Source: Actinomycetota bacterium (GTDB lineage: Bacteria > Actinomycetota > Thermoleophilia > Gaiellales > F1-60-MAGs149). Taken from it: a stretch of DNA of 64,000 nucleotides. Below, piece by piece: positions 35,276 to 43,112 of this stretch (positions within the stretch are counted from its first letter, which is position 1; every line of letters starts with the position of its first letter). The translations under genes and the position numbers were made by a program. Where the stretch lies: positions 10,059 to 74,058 of the forward strand of contig VFJZ01000007.1 in NCBI GenBank assembly GCA_009885805.1, read 5' to 3'. The notes under the pieces were generated by a model. That model made no database searches. It saw only the letters and a program-made list of their open reading frames with translations, and was not told where the DNA came from.

Positions 35276-37323
35276 TGGAGCTCTCTGACTACCTACCCAT
35301 GTTCCTGGCCGAAGGGCGCGAGCATCTTCAGACGCTCAACCTCTCACTGGTCAAGATCGAGCAGGAACCGCGCGACGTCGAGACGATCAACGACATCTTC
35401 CGCGTTGCCCACACCCTCAAGGGGATGAGCGCGACGATGGGTTTCGCTCGCATGGCGTCGCTCACGCACGAGATGGAAAACGTGATGGAAGGCATGAAGA
35501 GCCGCGCCGATGGCCTCGGCCAGGACGCGCTCGACGCCCTCTTCGGCTGCCTCGACAGCCTCGAGAAGATGGTCGACGAGATCGAGGAGCACGGGGCGGA
35601 GCAGAGCGACCCGGCCGACCTCGTCGGTCAGCTCAAGCGGCTGCTCGACGCCGGCGCCACCGCTCCCGGCGACGAGACCGCGCCGGGCGACGACCCTGCC
35701 CCGTCGGGAGCGCTCGTGCTCGATGCGGAGGTCGTCGCCAGCGTCGAGGACTCTGGGCTCTACGTCGCGCATGTCCACATCGTCCTGGCTGACGATGTCG
35801 ATATGCCGGGCGTGCGCGGCTTTCTCGCCGTCCGGAAGGCCGAGGAGCACGGTGAGCTCCTGCTGTGCGTTCCGGAGATCGCCGTGATCGAGGCTGGGGA
35901 CGGCGAGGGCGCCGACATCCACTTGTACGTAGCGACGTCCGACGACGCCGACCGAATCGCCGCCGGGGTGCTCGCGCTCGAGGGGCTCGGCAGCTGCGTC
36001 GCGGCGCGCTACGACGTGGCGGCGGCGGCTACGGCTCCAGCCGAGGCGGCGGTCGCCGAGGAGCCGCCGGCAGCGGACGCGTCCGTCGCGGTCGCGGCGG
36101 CTGCCGTTCCGGCCCCCGCGGGCACGCCGGCGCCGAAGGCTGCCGCACCGGCGAAGGTCAAGGCGCACACGGTCCGTGTCGAAGCCGAGCGCCTCGATCA
36201 GCTGATGCACATGATGGGCGAGATGGTCGTCCAGCGCACGCGCCTCGAGTCGATCGCCCAGAACTCGCTGCACAGCGACCTGCACGGCGCTGTCAACGAC
36301 CTCTCACGGGTGTCGCAGTCCCTGCAGCAGCTCGTCATGCAGGTGCGGATGGTCCCGGTCGAGACCGTGTTCATGCGGTTCCCGCGCATGGTTCGCGACA
36401 TCGCCGCCAAGCTCGGCAAGCAGGTCGACCTGAAGATCAAGGGCGAGGACACTGAGCTCGACCGCACCGTCGTCGAAGCGCTGGGCGATCCGCTCGTCCA
36501 CCTCGTCCGTAACGCGATGGACCACGGGCTGGAGACGCCGGAGGAGCGAGCCGAGTCCGGCAAGCCGCTGATCGGCACGCTCGAGATCTCGGCCGAGCAC
36601 GCCGGCGGCGAGGTGCTGATCCGCGTCATCGAGGACGGACGCGGCGTCAACGCCGCGAAGGTCGGCAAGATCGCCGTCTCGCGCGGGCTGCTCACGGCCG
36701 AGCAGGCAGAGGGTCTGACGATCGAGGAGGCGATCGAGCTGCTGTTCTCGCCGGGCTTCTCGACGGCGGAGGTCACGACGGACATCTCCGGACGCGGCGT
36801 CGGTATGGATGCGGTGCGGACGATGGTGCGGAACCTCGGCGGAGACTGCTTCGTCAGGTCAGTGCTCGGACAGGGTTCGACGGCGACGATCCGCCTGCCC
36901 CTGAGCCTGGCGATCATGCCCACACTCCTGGTCGAGGCCGATGGCGCGCCGTACGCGTTGCAGCTCGACCGCGTCGAGCAGACGATCCGGATCGCGGACT
37001 ACACGCTACGCTCGATCAAGGGCGCGAACGCGATCGTGCTGCGTGGTCGGATCCTGCCGCTGTTCGACCTCGGCAGCATGCTCGGCGGTTCGTCGGTCGA
37101 CCCGCTGAACGCGAGCGCGGTGGTCTGCCGGACGGGTGCCACGCGCATCGGCCTGATGGTGGAGTCGCTCGTCGGCCAGCAGGAGCTCGTCACCCGGCCA
37201 TTGCCCGCGGTCACCGACGCGCAGCGGGCACTCGTGTCCGGTGGCGCGGTGCTCGGCAACGGTCAGATCGCGCTCATCATCGACCTCGATGCGATCGGCA
37301 AGCAGGCGAGGATGGTGGCCTGA
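35275..37323 (+). CDS. cheA: chemotaxis histidine kinase CheA
   Basis: HPt motif FRVAHTLKGMSATMGF. Dimerisation and HATPase regions (HLVRNAMDHGLE ... DDGRG ... SGRGVGMD). C-terminal CheW-like domain. Confidence 0.9.
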   Translation: MELSDYLPMFLAEGREHLQTLNLSLVKIEQEPRDVETINDIFRVAHTLKGMSATMGFARMASLTHEMENVMEGMKSRADGLGQDALDALFGCLDSLEKMVDEIEEHGAEQSDPADLVGQLKRLLDAGATAPGDETAPGDDPAPSGALVLDAEVVASVEDSGLYVAHVHIVLADDVDMPGVRGFLAVRKAEEHGELLLCVPEIAVIEAGDGEGADIHLYVATSDDADRIAAGVLALEGLGSCVAARYDVAAAATAPAEAAVAEEPPAADASVAVAAAAVPAPAGTPAPKAAAPAKVKAHTVRVEAERLDQLMHMMGEMVVQRTRLESIAQNSLHSDLHGAVNDLSRVSQSLQQLVMQVRMVPVETVFMRFPRMVRDIAAKLGKQVDLKIKGEDTELDRTVVEALGDPLVHLVRNAMDHGLETPEERAESGKPLIGTLEISAEHAGGEVLIRVIEDGRGVNAAKVGKIAVSRGLLTAEQAEGLTIEEAIELLFSPGFSTAEVTTDISGRGVGMDAVRTMVRNLGGDCFVRSVLGQGSTATIRLPLSLAIMPTLLVEADGAPYALQLDRVEQTIRIADYTLRSIKGANAIVLRGRILPLFDLGSMLGGSSVDPLNASAVVCRTGATRIGLMVESLVGQQELVTRPLPAVTDAQRALVSGGAVLGNGQIALIIDLDAIGKQARMVA

Positions 37324-37919
37324 TGAGCGCCGTCCCGCGCTACAACGCGCTCGAGCTGTCAGCCGTGCAGGAGATCGCCAACATCGGCGCCGGCAGCGCT
37401 GCCACCGCGCTCTCGCTGCTCGTGGGACGGCCCGTCGACATCGGCGTGCCGGCCGTCGAGCTCGTCTCGCTGGCCGTCGCCTCCGAGCGCATCGGGCCGG
37501 CCGAGGCCCGCGTCGCCGCGGTGCTGACGCCCGTCAAGGGGGACGTCCCGGCGAGCCTGCTGCTGGCGTTCCCCGACGACGCGGCGGCCGTGCTCTGCGG
37601 GCTGCTCGGGACGACCGCGGACAGCGACATGGGCCGTTCGTGTCTCCAGGAGATCGGCAACATCCTGACGGGGTCGTACACGACCGCGATCGCCGGGATG
37701 ACCGGACTCGCGATCGAGCCCGAGCCGCCCCTGCTCGCGGTCGACATGCTGGGCTCCGTCATGGACGCGGTGTTGTCGCTCGCCGTCGAGGCGGCGGACA
37801 GCGTGCTGTTCCTCCAGACGGCGATCCGGATCGAGGGCGTCGAGTGCTCGTTCGGCTTCCTGTTCGTCCCGTCCGAAAATGCGATCCCCGCCCTCCTCGC
37901 CGCGCTGGGGCTGGCATGA
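37323..37919 (+). CDS. cheC: CheY-P phosphatase CheC
   Basis: 198 aa with two intact S-x3-E-x2-N-x22-P sites (SAVQEIAN...P and SCLQEIGN...P). Confidence 0.8.
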   Translation: MSAVPRYNALELSAVQEIANIGAGSAATALSLLVGRPVDIGVPAVELVSLAVASERIGPAEARVAAVLTPVKGDVPASLLLAFPDDAAAVLCGLLGTTADSDMGRSCLQEIGNILTGSYTTAIAGMTGLAIEPEPPLLAVDMLGSVMDAVLSLAVEAADSVLFLQTAIRIEGVECSFGFLFVPSENAIPALLAALGLA

Positions 37920-38407
37920 GCGGTGCCCGGCACATGGTGCGGATGGCCGAGCAGGTGGTGTCGAGCGACCCCACCGACATGCTCGTCTCGCTCGGCCTCG
38001 GGTCGTGCATCGGTCTGGCCATCGTCGACGAGGGAGCGCGCGTGGCCGGTCTCGTCCACATCGTGCTGCCGAAGGCGCCGGCGGGAGTCAACGGCGCCCT
38101 CGCCCCGAAGTTCGCCGACTTGGCCGTACCGAAGCTGCTCGAGGACGTGATGGCGGCCGGCGGACGGAGCGGCAACCTGCGCGCCGTCCTGTGCGGCGGC
38201 GCCCACATGTTCGGGAATGCCGGCACCAATCCGATCATGCAGATCGGCAGCCGGAATGCCGCTGCGACGATGGAGATGCTGCAGAAGCTCCGCATCCGCG
38301 TCCGCGCGCACGACACCGGGGGCAGCTCGGGCCGGTCGATCGAGGTTCGCGTCGCCACCGGCGAGGTCTACGTCCGCGGTGTCGGGCAGCAGCCGAGGCA
38401 GCTGTAG
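37916..38407 (+). CDS. cheD: chemoreceptor glutamine deamidase CheD
   Basis: ATG at 37916 (ATGA overlap). LGLGSCIGLAIVDEGARVAGLVHIVLP. Confidence 0.85.
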   Translation: MSGARHMVRMAEQVVSSDPTDMLVSLGLGSCIGLAIVDEGARVAGLVHIVLPKAPAGVNGALAPKFADLAVPKLLEDVMAAGGRSGNLRAVLCGGAHMFGNAGTNPIMQIGSRNAAATMEMLQKLRIRVRAHDTGGSSGRSIEVRVATGEVYVRGVGQQPRQL

Positions 38408-38410
38408 GGC

Positions 38411-38599
38411 ATGGGCGACGAGATCCTCTCCCAGAGCGCGATCGACGCGCTGCTCGCGTCGCTGGCGGCCGCAGACGAGCCGGCCGCCGCGGCCCAAACG
38501 CCCGTGGACCCGGAGTCCGACGAGCCGTCGCCGCCCGGCGGCAGGCGGAGGGCCCTGGCTGTGACCGGCGATGACCAGCAGGCGGAGGACGCCGCCTAG
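38411..38599 (+). CDS. 62-aa mini-ORF carrying a FliM-type N-terminal LSQSxIDALL peptide
   Basis: MGDEILSQSAIDALLASL followed by an acidic/Pro-rich tail. Same reading frame as fliM, separated from it by TAG (38597-38599) plus 9 nt. Translation is unproven. Confidence 0.4.
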   Translation: MGDEILSQSAIDALLASLAAADEPAAAAQTPVDPESDEPSPPGGRRRALAVTGDDQQAEDAA

Positions 38600-38608
38600 G
38601 CGGTTCGC

Positions 38609-39631
38609 GTGGCACACGGCAACGACACCCTCTCGCAGTCCGAGATCGACGCGCTGCTCGCGGTGGTCGCCAGCGAACCGTCCCTAGCTGGATCCGGCGA
38701 GTCGCACACGAGCGTGCGCGTCCAGGCGATGGACTTCCGGCGTCCGTCGAAGTTCAACAAGGACCAGCTGCGGACGCTCGAGATGCTGCACGACACGTTC
38801 GCGCGGCTCGCCGCGACGTACCTGTCGGGCGCGCTGCGCTCCGTTGCCGACATCTCGGTGCTCGGAGCCGAGCAGGTCACCTACGGCGAGTTCATCTCGT
38901 CCCTGCCGGTACCCGCCTTCACGAACATCCTCCAGCTCGACCCGCTCGGCACCAACGCGATCCTGGCGCTTGATTTGCCGCTCATCTTCTCGATGATCGA
39001 CCGCCTCCTCGGCGGGCCGGGACAGGGCGCGACGCGGCTCCGCGAGCTGACCGACATCGAGATGTCGCTGTCGCGGACGGTCATGAACCGGATGCTGGCG
39101 GAGCTGTCGACGTCGTGGTCGGAGCTGGTCGGCGTCGATTTCAGTCTCCGCCACACCGAGATGAACCCCCAGTTCGCGCAGATCGCGCCGCCGACCGAGC
39201 TGTCGGTGCTCCTGTCCTTCCAGATCCGGCTCGGCGACTCCACCGGTGTGATGACGCTGTGCCTACCGTGGCGGTCGATCGAGTCGGTCGCGCCGAGCCT
39301 GACCGCAAGCTCCTACTTCTCCGGCCAGCGCACCGGCGCCGAGATCCTCGATCTCCGGCCGCCGCTCGACGACGTCACGATCGGTGTGCGCGCCGAGGTC
39401 GGCGCGGTCGAGCTGACGATCGACGAGGTGCTGTCGCTGCGCGAGGGTGACGTCGTGCGTCTCGGTGTGCCCGTCGATCGACCCCTCGTCCTCTACGCCG
39501 GCAACACGCCGACGTACCACGTCGTTCCCGGCACGCACCGGCGTCAGCTCGCCGTGCAGGTCCACGACCGCGTGCCCCGGCCGCACCATGACGCGGTCGA
39601 GGCGGAGCCGGTCGCGGAGGAGGCACCGTGA
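38609..39631 (+). CDS. fliM: flagellar motor switch protein FliM
   Basis: GTG start. 340 aa. N-terminal TLSQSEIDALL (CheY-P-binding peptide), then MDFRRPSKFNKDQLRTLEMLHDTFAR, then the C-terminal SpoA-like domain. Confidence 0.9.
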   Translation: MAHGNDTLSQSEIDALLAVVASEPSLAGSGESHTSVRVQAMDFRRPSKFNKDQLRTLEMLHDTFARLAATYLSGALRSVADISVLGAEQVTYGEFISSLPVPAFTNILQLDPLGTNAILALDLPLIFSMIDRLLGGPGQGATRLRELTDIEMSLSRTVMNRMLAELSTSWSELVGVDFSLRHTEMNPQFAQIAPPTELSVLLSFQIRLGDSTGVMTLCLPWRSIESVAPSLTASSYFSGQRTGAEILDLRPPLDDVTIGVRAEVGAVELTIDEVLSLREGDVVRLGVPVDRPLVLYAGNTPTYHVVPGTHRRQLAVQVHDRVPRPHHDAVEAEPVAEEAP

Positions 39632-41136
39632 ACGCGGCCGATGCCGTCGCGCGCGCGGTGACCCTGAACGCGGCCGCCTGCGCCCGCGTGATCGGGACCC
39701 TGTACGGCCAGCCCGGCTCGTTCGGCGAGGTCGTCGTCGAGGAGACGCCCGACAACACGTGGGAGGCGTTCACATTCCCGCTCGTCTGCGTCCGGATCCA
39801 CTGGATCGAGGGCATTACTGGCGAGAACATGTTCGTCCTCACACCGGAGCAGGCGCGGCACCTCGCGACGGCGATGATGGGCATGGCCGACTCCGACGCC
39901 GAGGGCGAGCTGAACGACATCGAGATGTCCGCGGTGTCCGAGGCGATGAACCAGATGATGGGCTCAGTCGCGACGGCCATGGCCGAGGCGCTGGGCCTGA
40001 CGACCGACATCGCGACCCCGACCACGATCATCCTCAAGAGCCGCGAAGAGGCGGAGGCCCTGAGCGAGGCGCGTTATGCCGCCAAATTCACCGTTACCGC
40101 GGGCAGCCTGGACGCGACGATTGTGCAAGTCATTCCACTGGAGTTCGCGGCGATGCTGGAGACGGCGTTCACGACGGCTGAAGTCGCGGACGAGGTTCTC
40201 GGCGGGATGCACTCGGAGAAGATCGGCCGCCTCAACGACGACACCTACTCGGCCGTCGAACGAACGGCGCGGATCGCCGCGGAGTCGTCCGCCGACGTGC
40301 TGACGACCCTGCTCGGCGTGAAGGTGACGGCGACGCTGCCGGAGATCGAGACGGCGCCGAAGGATCCGCTCGCGGAGCTGGCATACCCGCTGGTGACGGT
40401 CGAGGTCTCGTACGTGTCCGGCGTGAACGGCGCCAACCTGTTCGCCCTCACGCCCGCACAGGCCGCCACCTTAGCGGCCGTGATGATGGGCTCGGATGAG
40501 CCTCTCGGCGACGGGCTGTCGGACCTCGAGCTGTCGGCAGTCTCCGAGGCCATGAACCAGATGATGGGCGCGGCGACGAACATCCTCGCCGACACCCTGT
40601 CGCTCGAGATCGAAGTCGCGCCGCCGATCTGCGTCGTCATCCAGAACGTCGAGGAGGCGCGCGCGACGTTCGAGCACCCGGCCTACTGCTCGCGGTTCCG
40701 GATCGTCTCGGACAAGCTCACCGCCGACGTCGTGCAGCTCGTACCGGCCGATTTTGCACTGCATCTCCAGGCAGCGTTCGCGGCTGCCGAGGCGGCCCGG
40801 TCGATCGGTGCCGAGGCCGCTGCGCCCTCGCAGACGGACTCGTCCGCAACCGCCAATGCCGCGGCCGCGCAGACCCCGACGGGCGCCGTCAGTGTCGCCG
40901 CGCTGCGAACGGTCGGCGTGCGCTTCTCCGCGGAACTCGGGCGCGCCAGGATCGACATCGCCAGCGCCATGAACCTTCCCCCGGGCGCGATCGTCGAACT
41001 CGATCGAATGCCCGACGACCCGATTGACGTGCTCGTCAACGGGCGCGCCTTTGAGCGCGCCAGGCTCGTGCTCGTGGATGGCGAGTATGCCGTCCAGATC
41101 GTCTCGCTCGATCCCCCGAAGCTGCTGGCAGGCTGA
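39628..41136 (+). CDS. fliY: flagellar motor switch phosphatase FliY (two CheC-like units + FliN/SpoA domain)
   Basis: 502 aa. SAVSEAMNQMMG-x-P (S-x3-E-x2-N-x22-P) occurs twice, about 200 aa apart. C-terminal FliN domain (VRFSAELGRARIDIASAMNLPPGAIVELDR ... VLVNGRAFERARLV). GTGA overlap with fliM. Confidence 0.85.
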   Translation: MNAADAVARAVTLNAAACARVIGTLYGQPGSFGEVVVEETPDNTWEAFTFPLVCVRIHWIEGITGENMFVLTPEQARHLATAMMGMADSDAEGELNDIEMSAVSEAMNQMMGSVATAMAEALGLTTDIATPTTIILKSREEAEALSEARYAAKFTVTAGSLDATIVQVIPLEFAAMLETAFTTAEVADEVLGGMHSEKIGRLNDDTYSAVERTARIAAESSADVLTTLLGVKVTATLPEIETAPKDPLAELAYPLVTVEVSYVSGVNGANLFALTPAQAATLAAVMMGSDEPLGDGLSDLELSAVSEAMNQMMGAATNILADTLSLEIEVAPPICVVIQNVEEARATFEHPAYCSRFRIVSDKLTADVVQLVPADFALHLQAAFAAAEAARSIGAEAAAPSQTDSSATANAAAAQTPTGAVSVAALRTVGVRFSAELGRARIDIASAMNLPPGAIVELDRMPDDPIDVLVNGRAFERARLVLVDGEYAVQIVSLDPPKLLAG

Positions 41137-41158
41137 AACACCCCTAGGAGGTGCCAGA

Positions 41159-41518
41159 ATGGCTCGTATTCTCGTAGTAGACGACGCGGCGTTCATGCGG
41201 ATGATGGTGAGCAACATCCTCACGCAGAACGGGCATGAGGTCGTTGGCGAGGCCGAGAACGGCGCGCAGGCAGTCACGAAGTACGCCGAACTGAAGCCCG
41301 ACGTGACGACGATGGACATCACGATGCCCGAGCAGGACGGCATCGCAGCGCTGAAGGCGATCCTCGCGAACGATCCGGCGGCGAAGATCGTGATGTGCTC
41401 GGCACTCGGCCAGGAGGCCAAGGTGATCGAGTCGATCCGCTCCGGCGCGAAGGACTTCGTCGTCAAGCCGTTCCAGCAGGATCGCGTGCTGTCGGCGGTC
41501 GCGAAGGCGCTCGGCTAG
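41159..41518 (+). CDS. cheY: chemotaxis response regulator CheY
   Basis: aggagg RBS. MARILVVDDAAFMRMM ... DVTTMDITMPEQDG ... KDFVVKPF. Confidence 0.9.
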   Translation: MARILVVDDAAFMRMMVSNILTQNGHEVVGEAENGAQAVTKYAELKPDVTTMDITMPEQDGIAALKAILANDPAAKIVMCSALGQEAKVIESIRSGAKDFVVKPFQQDRVLSAVAKALG

Positions 41519-41674
41519 TGGTGCGACACGGAAATGGCGCGGTGTCCGGAGGCCCCTGGATCGCGGATCACTCGCCCGCCGCTTGGACTTGCTCCGGCAA
41601 GCCCTGCGCGACGGGCGGAGCGTCCCGCTCGCGGAAGGCTCCTCGACCACAACACCATTTCCGTGTCGAACCAC
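41518..41674. repeat. 157-bp element bounded by 22-bp inverted repeats (full copy)
   Basis: The left end gtggtgcgacacggaaatggcg matches the reverse complement of the right end (gtggttcgacacggaaatggtg) at 20 of 22 positions. The interior carries nested palindromes (cgcccg...cgggcg; cttgc-tccg-gcaag). Begins at the last base of the cheY stop codon. Confidence 0.65.
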
Positions 41675-41815
41675 TAGGGACGTCCGCGCGAAGCCGTTCG
41701 ACCGCTCGACCGTCCGTTCTGCACTCCTGACCGTCAGCCGGCCTGCGGTCGAAGCGCTGACCGCATCGCCGTCACGCTGCGGCGACCGTCTGCTGCGCCG
41801 CCGCGGGCTTCGCGG

Positions 41816-41922
41816 GTGACCCGCCCGCCGCTTGCACTTGCTCCGGCAAGCCCTGCGCGACGGGCGAGCCTCCCGCTCGCTCCAGGAATCTCGACCACAA
41901 CGCCATTGCCGTGTCGAACCAC
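41816..41922. repeat. second, left-truncated copy of the same element (about 107 bp, roughly 90% identical by eye to 41567-41674)
   Basis: cgcccgccgcttgCacttgctccggcaagccctgcgcgacgggcg ... tcgaccacaacGccattGccgtgtcgaaccac aligns base for base with the first copy. No left inverted repeat is present. Confidence 0.65.
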
Positions 41923-41933
41923 CAGCACCGCGA

Positions 41934-41968
41934 GGTGGAACGAAGGAGCCTGGCCCCTTCGTTCCACC
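41934..41968 (+). terminator. 13-bp perfect stem / 9-nt loop hairpin
   Basis: ggtggaacgaagg (41934-41946) pairs with ccttcgttccacc (41956-41968). No U-tract. Confidence 0.45.
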
Positions 41969-42032
41969 GCCGCGAGGCGCGCCGCTACCACCACTCAAGC
42001 GCATGTCGATATGCGCCGAAGAGAGTACGGAT

Positions 42033-43112
42033 ATGACCCTGGCAGCACACATGCCGGTTCGGCTCGCTCTCGTCGGCGCGGGCTACTGGGGCGTGAAACT
42101 GGCGCGCAACATCGCCGACTCGCCGCACACCGAGCTGACGGCGATCTGCGACGCGGACGCCGTCCGGCTGGCGGCGGCCGTCCGGCGACACCCCGGCGCC
42201 GTCGCGGCCGGCCTGTTCGCCGACCTGCTGACCGAGGTCGACGTGGATGGCGTTGTCCTCGCGACGCCACCGTGCGATCACGCCTGGCAGGCCGAGGCGG
42301 CACTGCGGGCGGGGCTGCACGTGCTCGTCGAGAAGCCGCTCGCACTGTCGACAAAGGACGCCGATCGACTCTGCGCGCTCGCCGACAGCCAGCGGCGGAC
42401 GCTGATGACTGGACACACCTTCCTCTTCTCGGAACCGGTGCGGGTCCTGCGCGGCCTGATCGAGCGTGGCGAGCTCGGTCGCATCCTCTACCTGTCGGGG
42501 CAGCGCCTGCACCTGGGCGCGTTCCGACTCGACCACTCGGCGCTCTGGGACCTCGGTCCGCACGACGTCTCGATCATCTCGTACCTGCTCGGCGCGGCGC
42601 CGTTTGCCGTCGCATGCCGCCAGTTCTCGCTGATCGGCGCGCCCGTCGAGGACGTCGCCTTCGTGACGCTGGAGTACCCAGGCGGCGTCGTCGCCCAGTT
42701 CCAGAACTCGCGCCTCGATCCGCGGAAGGTTCGTCAGCTCACCGTCGTCGGCGACCGCAAGATGGCCGTCTACGACGACACCGACCCGGAGTGGCCGATC
42801 CGCGTGTACGACAAGGGCGTCGAGCGAGCCGAGCTGCCGATGAGCGTCGACGACGTCGAGGATGGCTTCGGCCAGTTCAAGTTCGAGGTCCGCAGCGGTG
42901 ACGTGTGGGCCCCGAAGGTCCGTGCGCGCGAACCGCTCCGCGAGGAGATCGACCACTTCGCGGCATGCGTGCTGAACGGCACGCGTCCGATCGCGGACGG
43001 CCCGGCCGGCCGCGACGTCGTGGCGGTGCTCGAGGCCGCCGAGCGATCGGCTGCCGACGGCGGGCGCCGTGTCGACGTGGAGGGCCGCCTTGTCGCGCAT
43101 ACGGCTGCTTGA
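42033..43112 (+). CDS. Gfo/Idh/MocA-family NAD-dependent sugar dehydrogenase
   Basis: VRLALVGAGYWG Rossmann motif and the EKPLALS motif. Start is ATG 42033 (42003 and 42051 are alternatives). Confidence 0.8.
   Translation: MTLAAHMPVRLALVGAGYWGVKLARNIADSPHTELTAICDADAVRLAAAVRRHPGAVAAGLFADLLTEVDVDGVVLATPPCDHAWQAEAALRAGLHVLVEKPLALSTKDADRLCALADSQRRTLMTGHTFLFSEPVRVLRGLIERGELGRILYLSGQRLHLGAFRLDHSALWDLGPHDVSIISYLLGAAPFAVACRQFSLIGAPVEDVAFVTLEYPGGVVAQFQNSRLDPRKVRQLTVVGDRKMAVYDDTDPEWPIRVYDKGVERAELPMSVDDVEDGFGQFKFEVRSGDVWAPKVRAREPLREEIDHFAACVLNGTRPIADGPAGRDVVAVLEAAERSAADGGRRVDVEGRLVAHTAA

Noticed and set aside
38597-38599. TAG between the mini-ORF and fliM as a pyrrolysine or programmed read-through codon.
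   Set aside because: Nothing in the window supports it: no pyl genes and no obvious downstream recoding structure. FliM is also complete from its own GTG. It is kept only as an alternative inside the finding, not as a claim.
41518-41925. Possible CRISPR array or protein-coding repeats (ORF 41144-42052 minus strand, 302 aa with repeated peptide strings).
   Set aside because: There are only two copies of a roughly 100-bp unit with an irregular 140-bp spacer and internal palindromes, and no cas genes. The repeated peptides simply reflect the DNA repeat in a non-coding gap.
41518-41990. Idea that the repeat region encodes a CsrA-sequestering sRNA rich in GGA motifs.
   Set aside because: I counted about eleven GGA triplets in about 470 nt. 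My rough estimate is that this is what base composition alone would give, and few sit in hairpin loops. FliW is the known antagonist in FliW-type systems, so there is no support.
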